DNA of 53,137 nt, the filler included, from Sphacelaria rigidula (lineage: Eukaryota): assembly GCA_964200075.2 (NCBI GenBank). It is 4 parts of 4 records of this genome, joined end to end, with 100 filler letters (N's around TTAATTAATTAA, not from the genome) between each part and the next. Parts side by side here need not be neighbours in the genome. Positions count along the whole stretch, not along the records: positions 26,625 to 39,831 come from CAXNAA020003066.1; positions 39,932 to 53,137 come from CAXNAA020003067.1; 2 more parts are not named here. The stretch is one strand, 5' to 3'. The position numbers and the translations under genes were made by a program. Under the pieces are notes generated by a model. It was not told the origin of the DNA. It did not search any database and saw only the letters and a list, made by a program, of their open reading frames with translations. The stretch's first letter is position 1, and each line of letters opens with the position of its first letter. Below, piece after piece: positions 37,434 through 49,376 of the stretch.

Positions 37434-39069
37434 TGGGGCCGTGTCTTATCGAGACCATGAAAAGAAACGACGACCAAGGAGCATGAAGCACGTTCATTGG
37501 TCGCGGCGATACCACCCTCTCCCCCTACAAAAGTGGCGGCGCTTTTTTTTTACAGCGACGCTATTTTCAAAAAATTGTTCAAGAATTTTTCAGGCTACGG
37601 TATTCACCAAGATCTTTCGAGCTGTTCGCCATGAAGGACAACATGAACCAGTGGCGCAATGACCTGCCGTTGTACACACCTGTCACACAGCCTGGACCTG
37701 AGGCATAAGCTCACGTAAACTTCTGAAGTCAGTCCCAGCATAGAAAATGAATGGCTCGAGCGGTAGCTTAGATCGACTGAGTATCACGTTCTTAGCTTGG
37801 GGGTAAACGGTTCAAAACTGCATGAGTCGCAACGATTCCTGCCGGACAGGCGCCGTATAACACACCCAAACACGCTAAACGACTCTCCATCTTGAGCAAG
37901 TTTTGCTGCACAAACCCTGCCGGCCCTCTTCCTACACCTCGTGGATTGTCATTAAACAAAAAGCACTGCGTATAGATTCGCAAGAGCTAGCGCCATGCCT
38001 GATGCACTTGTGCGGTTGATGTCTGTGCGTGTTTGCCTCGGGCTGTGTTGTGAACGTGTATCGTTGTTCAGTCATGTCCTTCAGTCATGCCCATTGAAAT
38101 TTTCGGGCCGGTTTCCGACCGCATCCAATACGGAAAGAATCACCGTTTTTCCCAGAGAGCCACCTTTGTGGATTTTCGTTAGGACCCAAGGTGATTTTGT
38201 GGGCCGGCAAAGCGGTAGTCCCGCCTCTTTTTTTTCTCAAAAAGACAACACAGATCGAGCAAACACGCGAAGAAAACGTGCGGTGGAATCGAATCAGCTC
38301 GTATCTGATACGCCCACGGCATGTATGTCCTCAGATGGCTTCAAGTCCATCTTATATTATTTGCGCGCAACGGGCAGGGTGGAAAACCGAAAAGCTTATA
38401 TTTTTCGATCGAAAACAAGTGGCGGAAAAGAACCAAGGGGCACTTGACTTCTATCTTGCAAACCACCACGCTGAATACCACCCTTTTACAGAATAATGCG
38501 AACGCTTTTACAGAATCATGCTTTGAATAATACGAATTCCAAGCCCAATTTCCACCGAATCTTCACATGCTTCAAATCGTAGTGACCGTCATCACCTCAA
38601 GAATCTAACGGGAGAAACGGATTTGTAAACGGTTCCAACGGGGTCGAACTATACCCGAAACCGTAATGTTTCGATGACGTGGAGTTTGACATACTCTAAT
38701 TTCCACGCATGATACGCAAGAAAGATCCAGGGAGCCTCGTGACGATTTCCCTTGTATCTGTTGTAGAAAAGCTCAGATCATCCTCAAACTTGGCAGTTCC
38801 GTAGATATTGATGCTCCAAATGGAAAAAGTGTGTTTTTGGCAAGGGTCCAAAGTTTCTCCGCCCTCTACCGGCTTCCGAGGTTCCCTGTACAGAGACCCC
38901 CGAAAGGCGGTACAGAATGACTCAAAATAAGAAATAATAACATGATGCGTCCCAGAATGTTCCAAGGAACACATGTACGAAGTTTGGTGGAGAAACTCGA
39001 AAATTTCATACAGTTTTTCCTGCCTTGGCGTAAAATTCACCCTGAAGGATGTGTTCACACTCAAACCAA

Positions 39070-39790
39070 GTAGTTAGGAGTTTGCACGTTTTAAGCTAAC
39101 ATCCTCGCACAAACGCGCAAATCTTCACATTTATTAGAAGTTAGACCCTGAAACTTTGCACAAGTATGCCATGAATCATTACGCAAGTTTCGATCAACGA
39201 GGTTGTTCTAATTCTTGATTTTTTACCCTTTTTCGGGGTCCGACGGGATCCAAGTCGTTTTTTCGAAGTCATCCATTCTGGGACCCCCGAAAACCGGCAC
39301 TACAGTATTTGTTTCATTTTCTTCGCAAACGCTCTGCCAACGCAAAACCCAAGGAAGAACCCCGCAAAGTTTCGTGGCTAAACTCGATTAACTGGTGCTT
39401 GAATTTTCATGTTCCACGTCGAAGAAGGCCCGAAAACGCCATTTTTATACTAAAATCTACTAGTTTGCCGTTTCACCGTGGCACGGCAAGGTTCATCGCA
39501 CAAATGCGAAGAACTTCACGCCGTTCCAAGGAGTTAGACCCTGGAATTTTACTCAGGTGTGCTATGGATCATTACGCAATTTTACAAGGACTATCTTTTT
39601 TTTTAATCGTTTTACGGGGGTCCGGCTGGATTGAAGTTTTCCCGACAAAACTGGGACCTCGGAAAAACGGTGAAAAAGTCCAAAAGTAAAAAAAAAACTC
39701 GTTCTTGCAAAGTTGCGTAACGAGCCATAGAACACCTGTGCAAAAGCTTCGGGTCTAACTCCTTAAAACGGCGTGAAGTTTTGCCTATGA
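39070..39790. repeat. Non-coding repeat with direct and inverted ~50-70 bp subrepeats (probable non-autonomous transposon end)
   Basis: GTTAGACCCTG...ATCATTACGCAA at ~39140 and ~39533. Inverted copy at ~39712-39780. Confidence 0.55.
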
Positions 39791-39831
39791 GTGTTTTTTT
39801 TTTTTTTTTTGTTAATTAGCCTATATTGTTT

Positions 39832-39931
39832 NNNNNNNNNNNNNNNNNNNNNNNNNNNNNNNNNNNNNNNNNNNNTTAATTAATTAANNNNNNNNNNNNN
39901 NNNNNNNNNNNNNNNNNNNNNNNNNNNNNNN
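39832..39931. other. Artificial contig spacer
   Basis: 100 nt of N with a central TTAATTAATTAA. Confidence 0.97.
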
Positions 39932-40110
39932 ACCATCGCTGAAAGTGTGGGGAAATCACTGTCTTAGGCTTGAACCTCATCTCGGAGTGAAACCTCAATA
40001 ATTCGCACAATTTGTTGTTAAATGTTGAGGTCCTAGGTGAAAAACCAATTTTGGGGAATTCCGGGTGTCCAAACGAACGCCAAAATGGTTCCGAAATTGT
40101 TTCTTCACCT

Positions 40111-40364
40111 GGAGTCATCCTACGATAGGCGGGGGGGGTATTTTGGGCCACTTCTTGCACGAAGTTCCAAGTGAAATTGTCCTTGAAACGAGCAACAGTT
40201 GCTCGAACGAGCTTGCTGTACATATATAACGCTCGTTCATACCGATTTACCCCGTTTTGAAGCAAATACAAGCGCACCGCGAGTGTGGCAGGTCGTCTGA
40301 CACACTGTTGAGCCTCTTTTTTCGTGCAATTAAATACTCCCCCCCCCTATCGTAGGATGACTCC
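40111..40364. repeat. Inverted repeat pair (MITE-like)
   Basis: GGAGTCATCCTACGATAGG.GGGGGG at 40111 and CCCCCCCTATCGTAGGATGACTCC ending at 40364. Confidence 0.65.
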
Positions 40365-40559
40365 CTGGGACCCCAACATTTCGGTGATCGAACTCCAAAT
40401 TTCTGTGGCATGTAGCAGTTGTCAATAGCTATCAGCAGGTGAAGAAATGGAACCATATTTCGAATATTTGGTGTGGAAACGAATATTTTAATTATCTGGG
40501 TTTCTCATCCCCAATAAAAGATCCATCCCCAATTTGTAAGATCGCGTGTTTCGTGCTTG

Positions 40560-41460
40560 CGCGCGACGTGGTCGGCGTATAGTAAGATTTGCCTCGACAC
40601 GGGTAGCCTCGATGCAATCGCAGCCACTTCTCTCGAGAATCTGACGGCAGGCACCACAAGGTAGTGGGAGGCGCTGTGCGTCAAGATGTGCTCATTGCGG
40701 CACCTCAGCAGTAACCCGCAGTGGGCTTTGCGCAGCAGGCTGATTATGTGAGAACATTTGGATCACGCAGCCGTAAAGCATGATCTGAATCACTTCTGCA
40801 GTCAGGAAAGCGAGAATTTTCGGCCAAGGTAATGTACGTGCTGTCGTATATCGGTCTGCTGTCCTTAAGGGAGCACTTCCAGACATCGTCAATGCCGCGG
40901 TTGATGTCAATGGTGACATCACCGATGCTGTTGATGGTGCCGCCGAAATCGACGAAAAGACTCGACGTGCCTGCACCTTTGGCCTGCAGCCTCCACCTCA
41001 ACCACATCCGTCTTCACGTTTGGGGAGCGCATGTGTATGTTACAGTCTTCTTTTCCGCCACGACGGAACCGGATGCCGTACAGACTACGACGGTGGGCGT
41101 GATCATCTTTGTCAGGCTTGGTTGAGATCACGACGCGATGCCAGCGTCGTCGGCGTGCGGTATGGCCCAAAGCACCTCGCAAAAAAGCAGATCCGCGGTG
41201 TTCCCATCCCTGGTAGCGATGCGAATTGAGTCATCCACCGCAGCCTTACTGATCGAGGAGCAGTCGAACGTCACCCTCACCATTACCGCGAAGAAGAAGA
41301 AGAAGGAGAAGGGCCATTGCCATTCCGACAAGAGTTCATGGGGGAATCACCATTTCACATTGGCGATACCAGCGAGATATCTCGTGCACTTCATGAACAG
41401 AAGGTCTTGTGTTCGAATTCCGGCTGCCGCCAGAAGCAACGAAAGTATTCAAGCTTGGAC
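40560..41460 (-). mobile_element. Decayed RTE-clade LINE, reverse transcriptase fragment
   Basis: Frameshifted peptides in the expected order: FFFFAVM, LWAIPHADDAGIAS (YADD motif), VEVEAAGQRCRHVESF, DFGGTINSIGDVTIDINRGI, AEVIQIMLYGCV, GCDCIEAT. Confidence 0.88.
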
Positions 41461-42049
41461 AAGAACGTCGTAAAAATGGTCGGGTCCAGGACATCTGGTG
41501 GGTGACTCTAAAGCCAAGTTTGCAGACTCACGGGGAAGTCTTCTGCGGAGATTGTAGGCTTGGCGACCCAACACAAGTGAAACATGCGTGAAGAAAGCTG
41601 TACATCCTCATCGCTGGCGGGAGAAAAGGTTACCCCTACAAGCCCCTCCCTTCTCGTTAAAAGATCATACTCAGACGCTCATAAAGGAGAGAAGATGGTG
41701 TGGGAACCACCACCTAAATGAGGAAAAGCCCACAAGTGTCCATCGAGGAATCATCTTTTCACAAAAAACGATTATTCTTGGGACTGCTGGGTCATCCACC
41801 AATTCAGCCCCGAGCTGATTTGTTTTACTCCGAAAATGTAACAATGCGAACCTGTGGACCATCCCACGCTAAGGTGGGTGTCAATTACTGCTCGAACGAG
41901 GCTCCTTTCGGCAGTACCTTGGCCACACCAAACGCTAACCATTATAGCTGTGGAATAAATCTTGACAAATACTGCCGCGATATATGAGGCTAGTTCACCG
42001 GCGTTGGCCTACAACTGTCCATGGTTGACACATTTTTACACGTATCGCT

Positions 42050-42185
42050 ACCCCTAACCCTAACCCCAACCCAACGCACACCGAGAACCCTTGGGCGAAG
42101 GTGGTACATACATTCCCTAGACAAAGTGCCGCCTTGTTAGACCCTTAATCGGCGCCTGTGGCGCCGATTTAAATGAAAATGCGTT
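42050..42185 (+). repeat. Dispersed repeat with telomere-like (CCCTAA)n tract
   Basis: Homologous to the reverse complement of 20030-20175. Confidence 0.7.
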
Positions 42186-43680
42186 CTGCGCACGCGAGGA
42201 GCACACGGGACTGTCAGCGCTACTAAAATTCCGATTATTGTGTAGACACTCAAATCAAGCAATACTGTATCGACCATGAACATTTATAGCCCAACGCCGG
42301 CGAACTCTAATGCGATTATGTCTCCTAGATCGACAACAGCATGCTTCGAACTATTTTTCGCCTGAAGCGACGCCCTAGAATGGCGCCTTCGTTCGCGCAA
42401 TAATTGGGTCGAAGCAACCCCTCCCCTCTGAGTGAGGCGGCTTTTGTGTTGAAAGAAAAACACGCCGGGCAACACTCAGTCCTCATCCAGCGGAAGGGTC
42501 TGCCGACTCATCATCGTCAAAGCAATCTCGTTGCAATTCAAAGAACTAAGGAAGCAGCCGCTCGCATTTGATAATCTTATCAAATTTTTCCGTGGGCTGC
42601 TCAACCGCCAGATATATCGCCGGGATCCAATGGCTGACCCGGGATACGTTACGATAGATCGCACAACGCTGTCATCAAGCTCATAAGCGGTAGTGGCCCC
42701 CGCCTACTCAAATCTACGTGAGCAGACCCCTAGACCGCGATACGGGATCTTTAGTACTACAAAAGTCCGTAGCACTACATTCTGTCTGTGGACGGGGGCG
42801 CTTTGGCCCCTACAGTAGTCACTGTTCATGGTGCATGCTGGCGTCTCCTCATCACCTCCGTTCCTCCTTCCCCATTACCTTTTACCAGACAAATACTATT
42901 CCCTTGTACACTTGAGTGGGATCAAGCAAGAGAATTTAGTAAGCGGCGAACAACGTGAGTTATTTTGTCCGACCGACAAAGCACCACGTGATCTACTGCG
43001 TGAGGATAAGGCTGTCGGAGCAACGGGAATCTCCGTCTTTCTCACGCATTTCTACCGTAATGCGCATGCCGTGTTTGACTGTGCACCCTCGCTGTGCCGT
43101 ACAGAAAATAAATCCATAACCACGCATGAGCGACCCCTATCCAACAACTTGGTCTCACTTCAGACTGTAAGCCACGTCCCGATAAATGAAACGCACGTGA
43201 AGTTGAACGAACGGCGCAGATGGACAGCCACGGCGACCGGTGCAGCAAAATCAGCTCCAATGCACATGGCAATCCCAGAGTCGAGTGCATATCTCGTGAA
43301 ACACTACAGACACCGTGCACACCGACGGAAAGACGCTGCCATGCGTCTTGCATGAGCAGGTCGACTTGTGGCGTTGTCGCCGCTAATAGAGACACACAGG
43401 CTCCGTACATCTCAGTCATGTTGAGAATCGAAACACCACCTCGTCGACCACCTGCTACGAGCGCAATGGGGAAAAGAGTGTGCGACGAATAATCCACAGG
43501 CGCTACAAAGAGGGCAACCTGTCTGTATCTCCATGCGCATCCCCCCCCCCCCGCCCCTGACAACCGTAGATAGGTATAAATACGTGCACGTCGCAAAACA
43601 CCAAGCAGGATGACATTGACAGTGACCGAACACCAACACGGGAGTGAATTTAGCCACTCCGCACTCTTGTGCTGCTGGAT

Positions 43681-45330
43681 TTAACCCGACCTTCGGACGC
43701 TGACCGTAGAAGGGACGCCCTCGATTCTCTGGTTGAAGTTAGATCCAAATGCCAAGCGCTGGAGCGAGGGAGGCCACGCGACGTTTTTGATTGGCTGGCG
43801 GAATCGACATCCGAAAGTCAACTGCTGTAGCGAGACGGGCCACGCCACACCCTGGATTGGTTGGTTGAACTCTACTCCGAGCGTCAGCTGCCGCAGTGAT
43901 GCAGGCCATTGGACGCGTTCAATCGGCTGGTCAAACCGCGTCCCAAATGTCAATTGCCGCAGCCACGAAGGCCATGCCACGATTTCAATTGGCTGGTTGA
44001 ACGCTTCTCCGAGCGTCAGCTGCTGCAGGGAGGACGGCCACGCGACACGCTCGATGGACTGGTCGAAGCATCTCCCAAACTTCAGCTGGTGCAGTGACGC
44101 GGGCCACGTCACATTCTCGATCGGCTGGTCGAAACTATGTCCAAACATCAACTGCTGTAGCTCTGCAGGCCATTGGACACGCTCAATGGGCTGGTTGAAG
44201 CGCGGCCCGAAGGCCAATTGCCGTAGCGCAGAAGGCCAAGCTACACCTTCAATCGGCTGATTGAACTCTTCTCCGAGCGTCAGCTTCTGCAGGGATGACG
44301 GCCACGCGACGCCCTCGATAGGCTCATTGAAGCACCTTCCAAACGTCAGCTGCTGCAGTGACGCAGGCCACGCTACACCCTCAATTGGCTGGTCGAAGCT
44401 GTATCCGAACTTCAACTGCTGCAGTCCTGTAGGCAATTGGGTGCGTTCGATTGGCTGGTTGAAGCGCTGCCCAAATGCTAATTGTCGCAGCGACGGAGGC
44501 CACACCACACCCTCGATTGGCCGATTGAATCGATATCCAACCGCCAACTCGACTCGCTGGTTGAAGAAACGCCCAAACTTCAACTGCTGCAGTGAGGCAG
44601 GCCACGCGACATTCTCGATCGGCTGATCAAAAAAGTATCCAAACTTCAACTGCTGCAAAGCGGCAGGCCACACCACGTCCTCAATCGGGTGGTTGAAGCA
44701 AGTATTTTCGAACGACAGCTGCCGCAGTGACGAAGGCCACACTACACCCGCGATTGGCTGGTTGAAGTGAACTCCGAATGTCAGTTGCTGCAAAGACGCC
44801 GGCCACGTCACACCCTCGACTGGCTGGTTGAAGGAACATCCGAACTCCAGCTGCTCGAGAGCGGCAGGCCACACCACTCTCGCAATAGAGTGGTTGAATC
44901 GCGCTGCTTCGTCGGGCCAAGTGCCCTTGTCAAACACAATCTTTTTGAGTCGTTGGGGCCAGACGACATTGTCCAAACTACGGTCGAACGTTGGATCGAG
45001 GCGCATGCTCCGTACATTGGCTAATGCTGTACTCACGCTGGACATGAAGTTCGCCTCAGCACCCGGTACCCACACAGCATCCCGTGCTCGCAACAGAGGC
45101 ACTCGACTTCTGTCAGTGTGCGCCATATCTCCAGTTATCATCGTCGGACATTTGTCGGCAGGAACTGCCCACAGCCTTCTCGGTGTATCTCTATTAAATG
45201 TCACGCATAGTGTGCTCCTGCTGCGACAAGCTATGCAGAGCTGCAGTGACACCAGCTGCAGTTGTTTCGTGGGCAAGGACGACCCTCGCTCGGAGAAAGT
45301 CTCGCTGAGCACAACGGTGAAGGCGTCCAC
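43681..45330 (-). CDS. FNIP/IP22 repeat (LRR-like) protein, intronless body, start uncertain
   Basis: About 20 tandem 22-aa units of the form FNQPIEGVAWPASLQQLTFGxx after a ~110-aa N-terminal region. The ORF-track start is GTG; the first in-frame ATG is near 45141. Confidence 0.88.
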   Translation of the reverse strand: MDAFTVVLSETFSERGSSLPTKQLQLVSLQLCIACRSRSTLCVTFNRDTPRRLWAVPADKCPTMITGDMAHTDRSRVPLLRARDAVWVPGAEANFMSSVSTALANVRSMRLDPTFDRSLDNVVWPQRLKKIVFDKGTWPDEAARFNHSIARVVWPAALEQLEFGCSFNQPVEGVTWPASLQQLTFGVHFNQPIAGVVWPSSLRQLSFENTCFNHPIEDVVWPAALQQLKFGYFFDQPIENVAWPASLQQLKFGRFFNQRVELAVGYRFNRPIEGVVWPPSLRQLAFGQRFNQPIERTQLPTGLQQLKFGYSFDQPIEGVAWPASLQQLTFGRCFNEPIEGVAWPSSLQKLTLGEEFNQPIEGVAWPSALRQLAFGPRFNQPIERVQWPAELQQLMFGHSFDQPIENVTWPASLHQLKFGRCFDQSIERVAWPSSLQQLTLGEAFNQPIEIVAWPSWLRQLTFGTRFDQPIERVQWPASLRQLTLGVEFNQPIQGVAWPVSLQQLTFGCRFRQPIKNVAWPPSLQRLAFGSNFNQRIEGVPSTVSVRRSG

Positions 45331-46291
45331 GCACAGGGTACCGCCTGGGATAGCAACATAACGAGGGCTTCGCTGATTCAGTTACACGTGGAGGGTTCGA
45401 ACGCTTCATACGAGTTGGTGTAAGGTGAACAAACAGTGAATACGAACGAACAGCCACTTGAGCTGATACCCATGCTGTCTTCCACTGCTTCGCATCGCGA
45501 ACGAGTCGTACCTGTTTGATGTGACCTCATTTCTGCAAGAACCGTCTGCGCAGTTCGAAACACAGCGAGGACGATATTTTCCACCTTAATTATGTTGGTA
45601 ATGTGACTGGCGCGAAATTCCCCCCCTGAATGACATAGACGGATGTCAACGAGACAGGAAGTTTTAGTGGGAGCAACCCCCACACTGCCTCGAGCCACCG
45701 CTCGAGGCGCCTTCCCCACATGACCGCCGCGAGGTGGTCTAGCCAAGCCTTCGGATGATCGGCACACGAATTCGCTAGCGATCGCCTGCGATTACTTGCG
45801 GAGTAAGTGTTGGGTTGGGTTTCCTCCTTCCATCAAGGAAAACAAAACAAAAAAACGCACATACCAATTTCATCAACTAGGGCAAGCATATCTCAAGGAA
45901 GTAATACACTTGAACTCCGTGTCGGCAAACATAGAATCCCTCCACGCATTCTTGTCAGAAGCGCCACGAGAACAGTCTCGACCTGAGTCTGACCTCAGCG
46001 ACGCGTGAGGAAGCGTGGGCTTGTAACTCCCCCCGACGGGAAAACCGCGCTGTACCTTGCTCGCCTGCGGCCGCTGCTCGCGCAGCTTCTTCACAGCCAA
46101 ATAGTGCGCGTTGCATCGGACATATCCTCTTCTCTTCTGTTTTTGGCTGAAAGGTGATCAGTTTTGAGTCACGTCAGACGACCATAGCGTGACATGATTT
46201 GGAATCGCTAAAGCGATGCTGAAGAGTCGGCCTCGCCGAAGCATACGGTGCACCAAACGGGACCAATACAAAACGCAGGTCCAAAACGTAC

Positions 46292-46292
<1 letters not shown>

Positions 46293-46333
<41 letters not shown>
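46293..46333. repeat. (TA)n microsatellite
   Basis: About 20 TA units. Confidence 0.95.
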
Positions 46334-46335
<2 letters not shown>

Positions 46336-46916
46336 ACCAATATTCACGGCAAAAAACGGTGCCAACGCTAATAATGGCCGCAGGCGTGATCACCATGACA
46401 GGCGCCTTGAGCATCCGCGAGCGTTCACGGAACGCAGCCGGCCGAATGCGATTCTTCCGCGGAATATGTGCCCACTACAGGATCGTTTCAACATGCCGTA
46501 CAGGTGCCTACCTGTGCGTGTGCTGGCTCTGCACGCGGACTTCTTAGCTTTAATTCGAAAGAATCATGGTGATTCACCCACACGCAGAACACAGGGCTCT
46601 TTTTACGTGTATTCCCCGGAGCAGACTGCCTTATGGATAGCGTGTGCAAAGCAACGAAGAGTGAACGCTTCGGGGTAATACTTTCGCGCCACACAACAGA
46701 GGACCACCACGTCTTGTAAGTGCACCATGGCGCCAACGGTTTTGTATCATGTGTGGTCCAGCACTGAATAATGTCGGGATTACCCACATACTATGGTCGA
46801 TTATAGAGCCCGTAGAGGGCAAATCTACACATACTGTACATCATAGAAGACGATATCTCGCGGTACATGTTATCATTCACAAATACGTACCAGGGTTAGT
46901 CAGATTCTCTGTGTAA

Positions 46917-47202
46917 GGCCCATAATTATGGACACAACTTTTTCGGAGATCTCAGATAATTTCGTTCTTTCCGGAATCTGCGTTCAGACTCCTCCGAAAA
47001 CGAAGCTGCTTGATATTTTCCCCAGTACGTTATTTTCGGAGAAGTCCAAAAAATCGGACTGCAACGCAGCACTTCGGAGAGCTGCCCTGTGCCCTTACGT
47101 GTGTACGCCGTGGCGCTTGCAAGCATTCAGGAGTCACCAGGTATCTTACCCGTCCCGGAAATTTCGGAGATCGCCGAAAAACATTGTCGATAATCATGGG
47201 CC
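46917..47202. mobile_element. PIF/Harbinger (Tourist)-like MITE, 286 bp
   Basis: TIRs GGCCCATAATTATGGACA...TTTTTCGGAGATCTC and GAGATCGCCGAAAAACATTGTCGATAATCATGGGCC. Perfect TAA target duplication at 46914-46916 and 47203-47205. Confidence 0.88.
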
Positions 47203-48939
47203 TAACTGAATAGACAACACTCGAGGATGACCGATTCATTTCAACAGGGGATTCCGAAAAATGGGAACAAACGTTTTGTGTGGGGAATGAAAAAAAAGGC
47301 TTGTCATTTTGGGAAATGCACGCCTTCAAGGTACTTTTGAGGGAACTTCGAGGGAGCGAATACCGTAACCCTTGTGAGAGTGATGCCGCGGTAGTTCCCT
47401 TCCCCCCCCGCCAAATCAGCCCCAAAAGTGTCACGAAGAGAATGGTCATATAGCGCATGATAGCTGGTTTCAGACTGCATGGAGCGCCACATGTGGGCGA
47501 AATTGGCAGGAACGATTCCAAGCATGGGAGTTTCCAACAGCTTGATGTGCTCAGCGTTGGTCATTTTGATACACGTGTAGATTTTGTCTCCTTAAACCAG
47601 CCACTTTCCTAGGGGGTAGGGGGGGGATTATCGCGGCATCAATCGTGACATACTGCTAGCATACCCGGAGTAAATAGTAGAGGTAGATACCGGGGTCAGT
47701 CAGACAGGTGCACTGCTGGGGGGGTACCAATTTCTAAAATTGAAAACATTATTGAGGGATGTCGCTTTCGCCCAAAACGTTTGCTCCCGTTTTTCAGAAT
47801 CCCCCGCTATTAGGTAGCGAAAATAATGGTATGTCATGGAAATGGTATGTCATGGAAATGATGAAAGGACACGGTATTCGGAATGCAATACAAAAAGATC
47901 GTAGGGCATCGTGCTGGGACGCATTTTGTAACATAGGCTAGCTACCGTGTGTCAATTTTAGGACGGAAAAGCTGATAATTGTTTTGGTGCGCCGCTTCAC
48001 GGAATACGAGCCAGCCAGATTCCCTACGGTCTTTTTGGTATCAATATTCCGAATACCGTGTACTTCTATCGCTTTTCATGACATGCCATAATTTCGCTCA
48101 CGCATGCATCTTATCGCCGATACGCTATTCGGGTTCTGCACTTTCGGGCGGCAATTGTAATCTTCCAGTCCTCTAACCTTTTGACCGCGAGGGTAGGTCA
48201 TCTGGTTATGCGTTCACTTTTCAAGTAAGATTGGCGGTGATTCAACAGATGACGTGTGCTCGCGGCCAAAGGGTCAACCACGACATTTTTGGATTTCAAC
48301 AAAGAGGGAATTCATAACTCAAGCTTCCGACCGCGAAGAAGATACTTAATTGAGCCGAAGTACGCCACGGCGGGCGGGTGTGGAATGCCGACTGGAAAAT
48401 CGCACTTATTTTGACACAGGGGGTGGTAGTCTCTTCTCATGTCAACTGCAAACGGCACTCCGCCAACGCCCTGCCCTTACTGCGCATTTCTGCTTTAGTA
48501 GCCTTGCACGGCTCAGGGTGGCGCACACCACGCGCAGCATCTACGAAGATACATCCACTCCTTGGAGAGTGGGGGTCACCCCTTGGGCGCCGGCCTCCCC
48601 GTGTGTACCCTAGGTGAACCACTAGAGGAAAGTGCCGACATCAAGTGTTTTGGTCGAACAATAATCACGTGAGTCAGGGACTGGGGGCCACGGTATATAC
48701 TGGATATCATCGGGAGCGACGCTCACAAACAGAAAAAAATACTGACCTATGGCATATTGGGTACCGACGTTGCAGAATAGCTGGTGATTTTATTTTGAAC
48801 AGAGGAGTGGGACCAATGGACCCAATGTTGGGACGAATCAGAATTCATCCAGGCTAACTCCCCATAGATGCTGAATGCGAAGCATGTGCTGAAGAGTAAT
48901 CCGGCATGAATCACGGGTTGTTAAGTTGTACATCCAAGG

Positions 48940-49376
48940 TCATACCGCACGAATGATGAACTGGGGATGTGTACACTCCAAGTAGTGTCACACGAATCAA
49001 GGGCGTAAAACATATACGAATCACAATTCCTGTACGAATCACTGGTGGGAAACATGTACACCCGGCTTATCTCGCATGAATCACAGGTGGAAAATAGGCA
49101 CATCTGATTTATCTCGTATGAATGCAACGTGGGCAACATGTACATATGATTAATGTTGCATGAATGGAAATTGGGGAACATGCACGCTTGGTTCAACTTG
49201 TATGGATGAAAGGCACAGAGCATGTACCCATGATTCATGCTGCATTAATGGAATTGGGGAACATGTACGCTTGATTCACCTCGTATGAATGGAAGGTAAG
49301 GAAAATTTACCCACGATTCATGCTGCATCGATGGAATGGGAACATGCACCTGTGATTCATGGCGTATGGATGGAAG
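48940..49376. repeat. 42-bp minisatellite, block 1
   Basis: About 10 diverged units of AACATGTAC.C.TGATTCAT.TCGTATGAATGGAAGGTGGGG. Confidence 0.85.
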
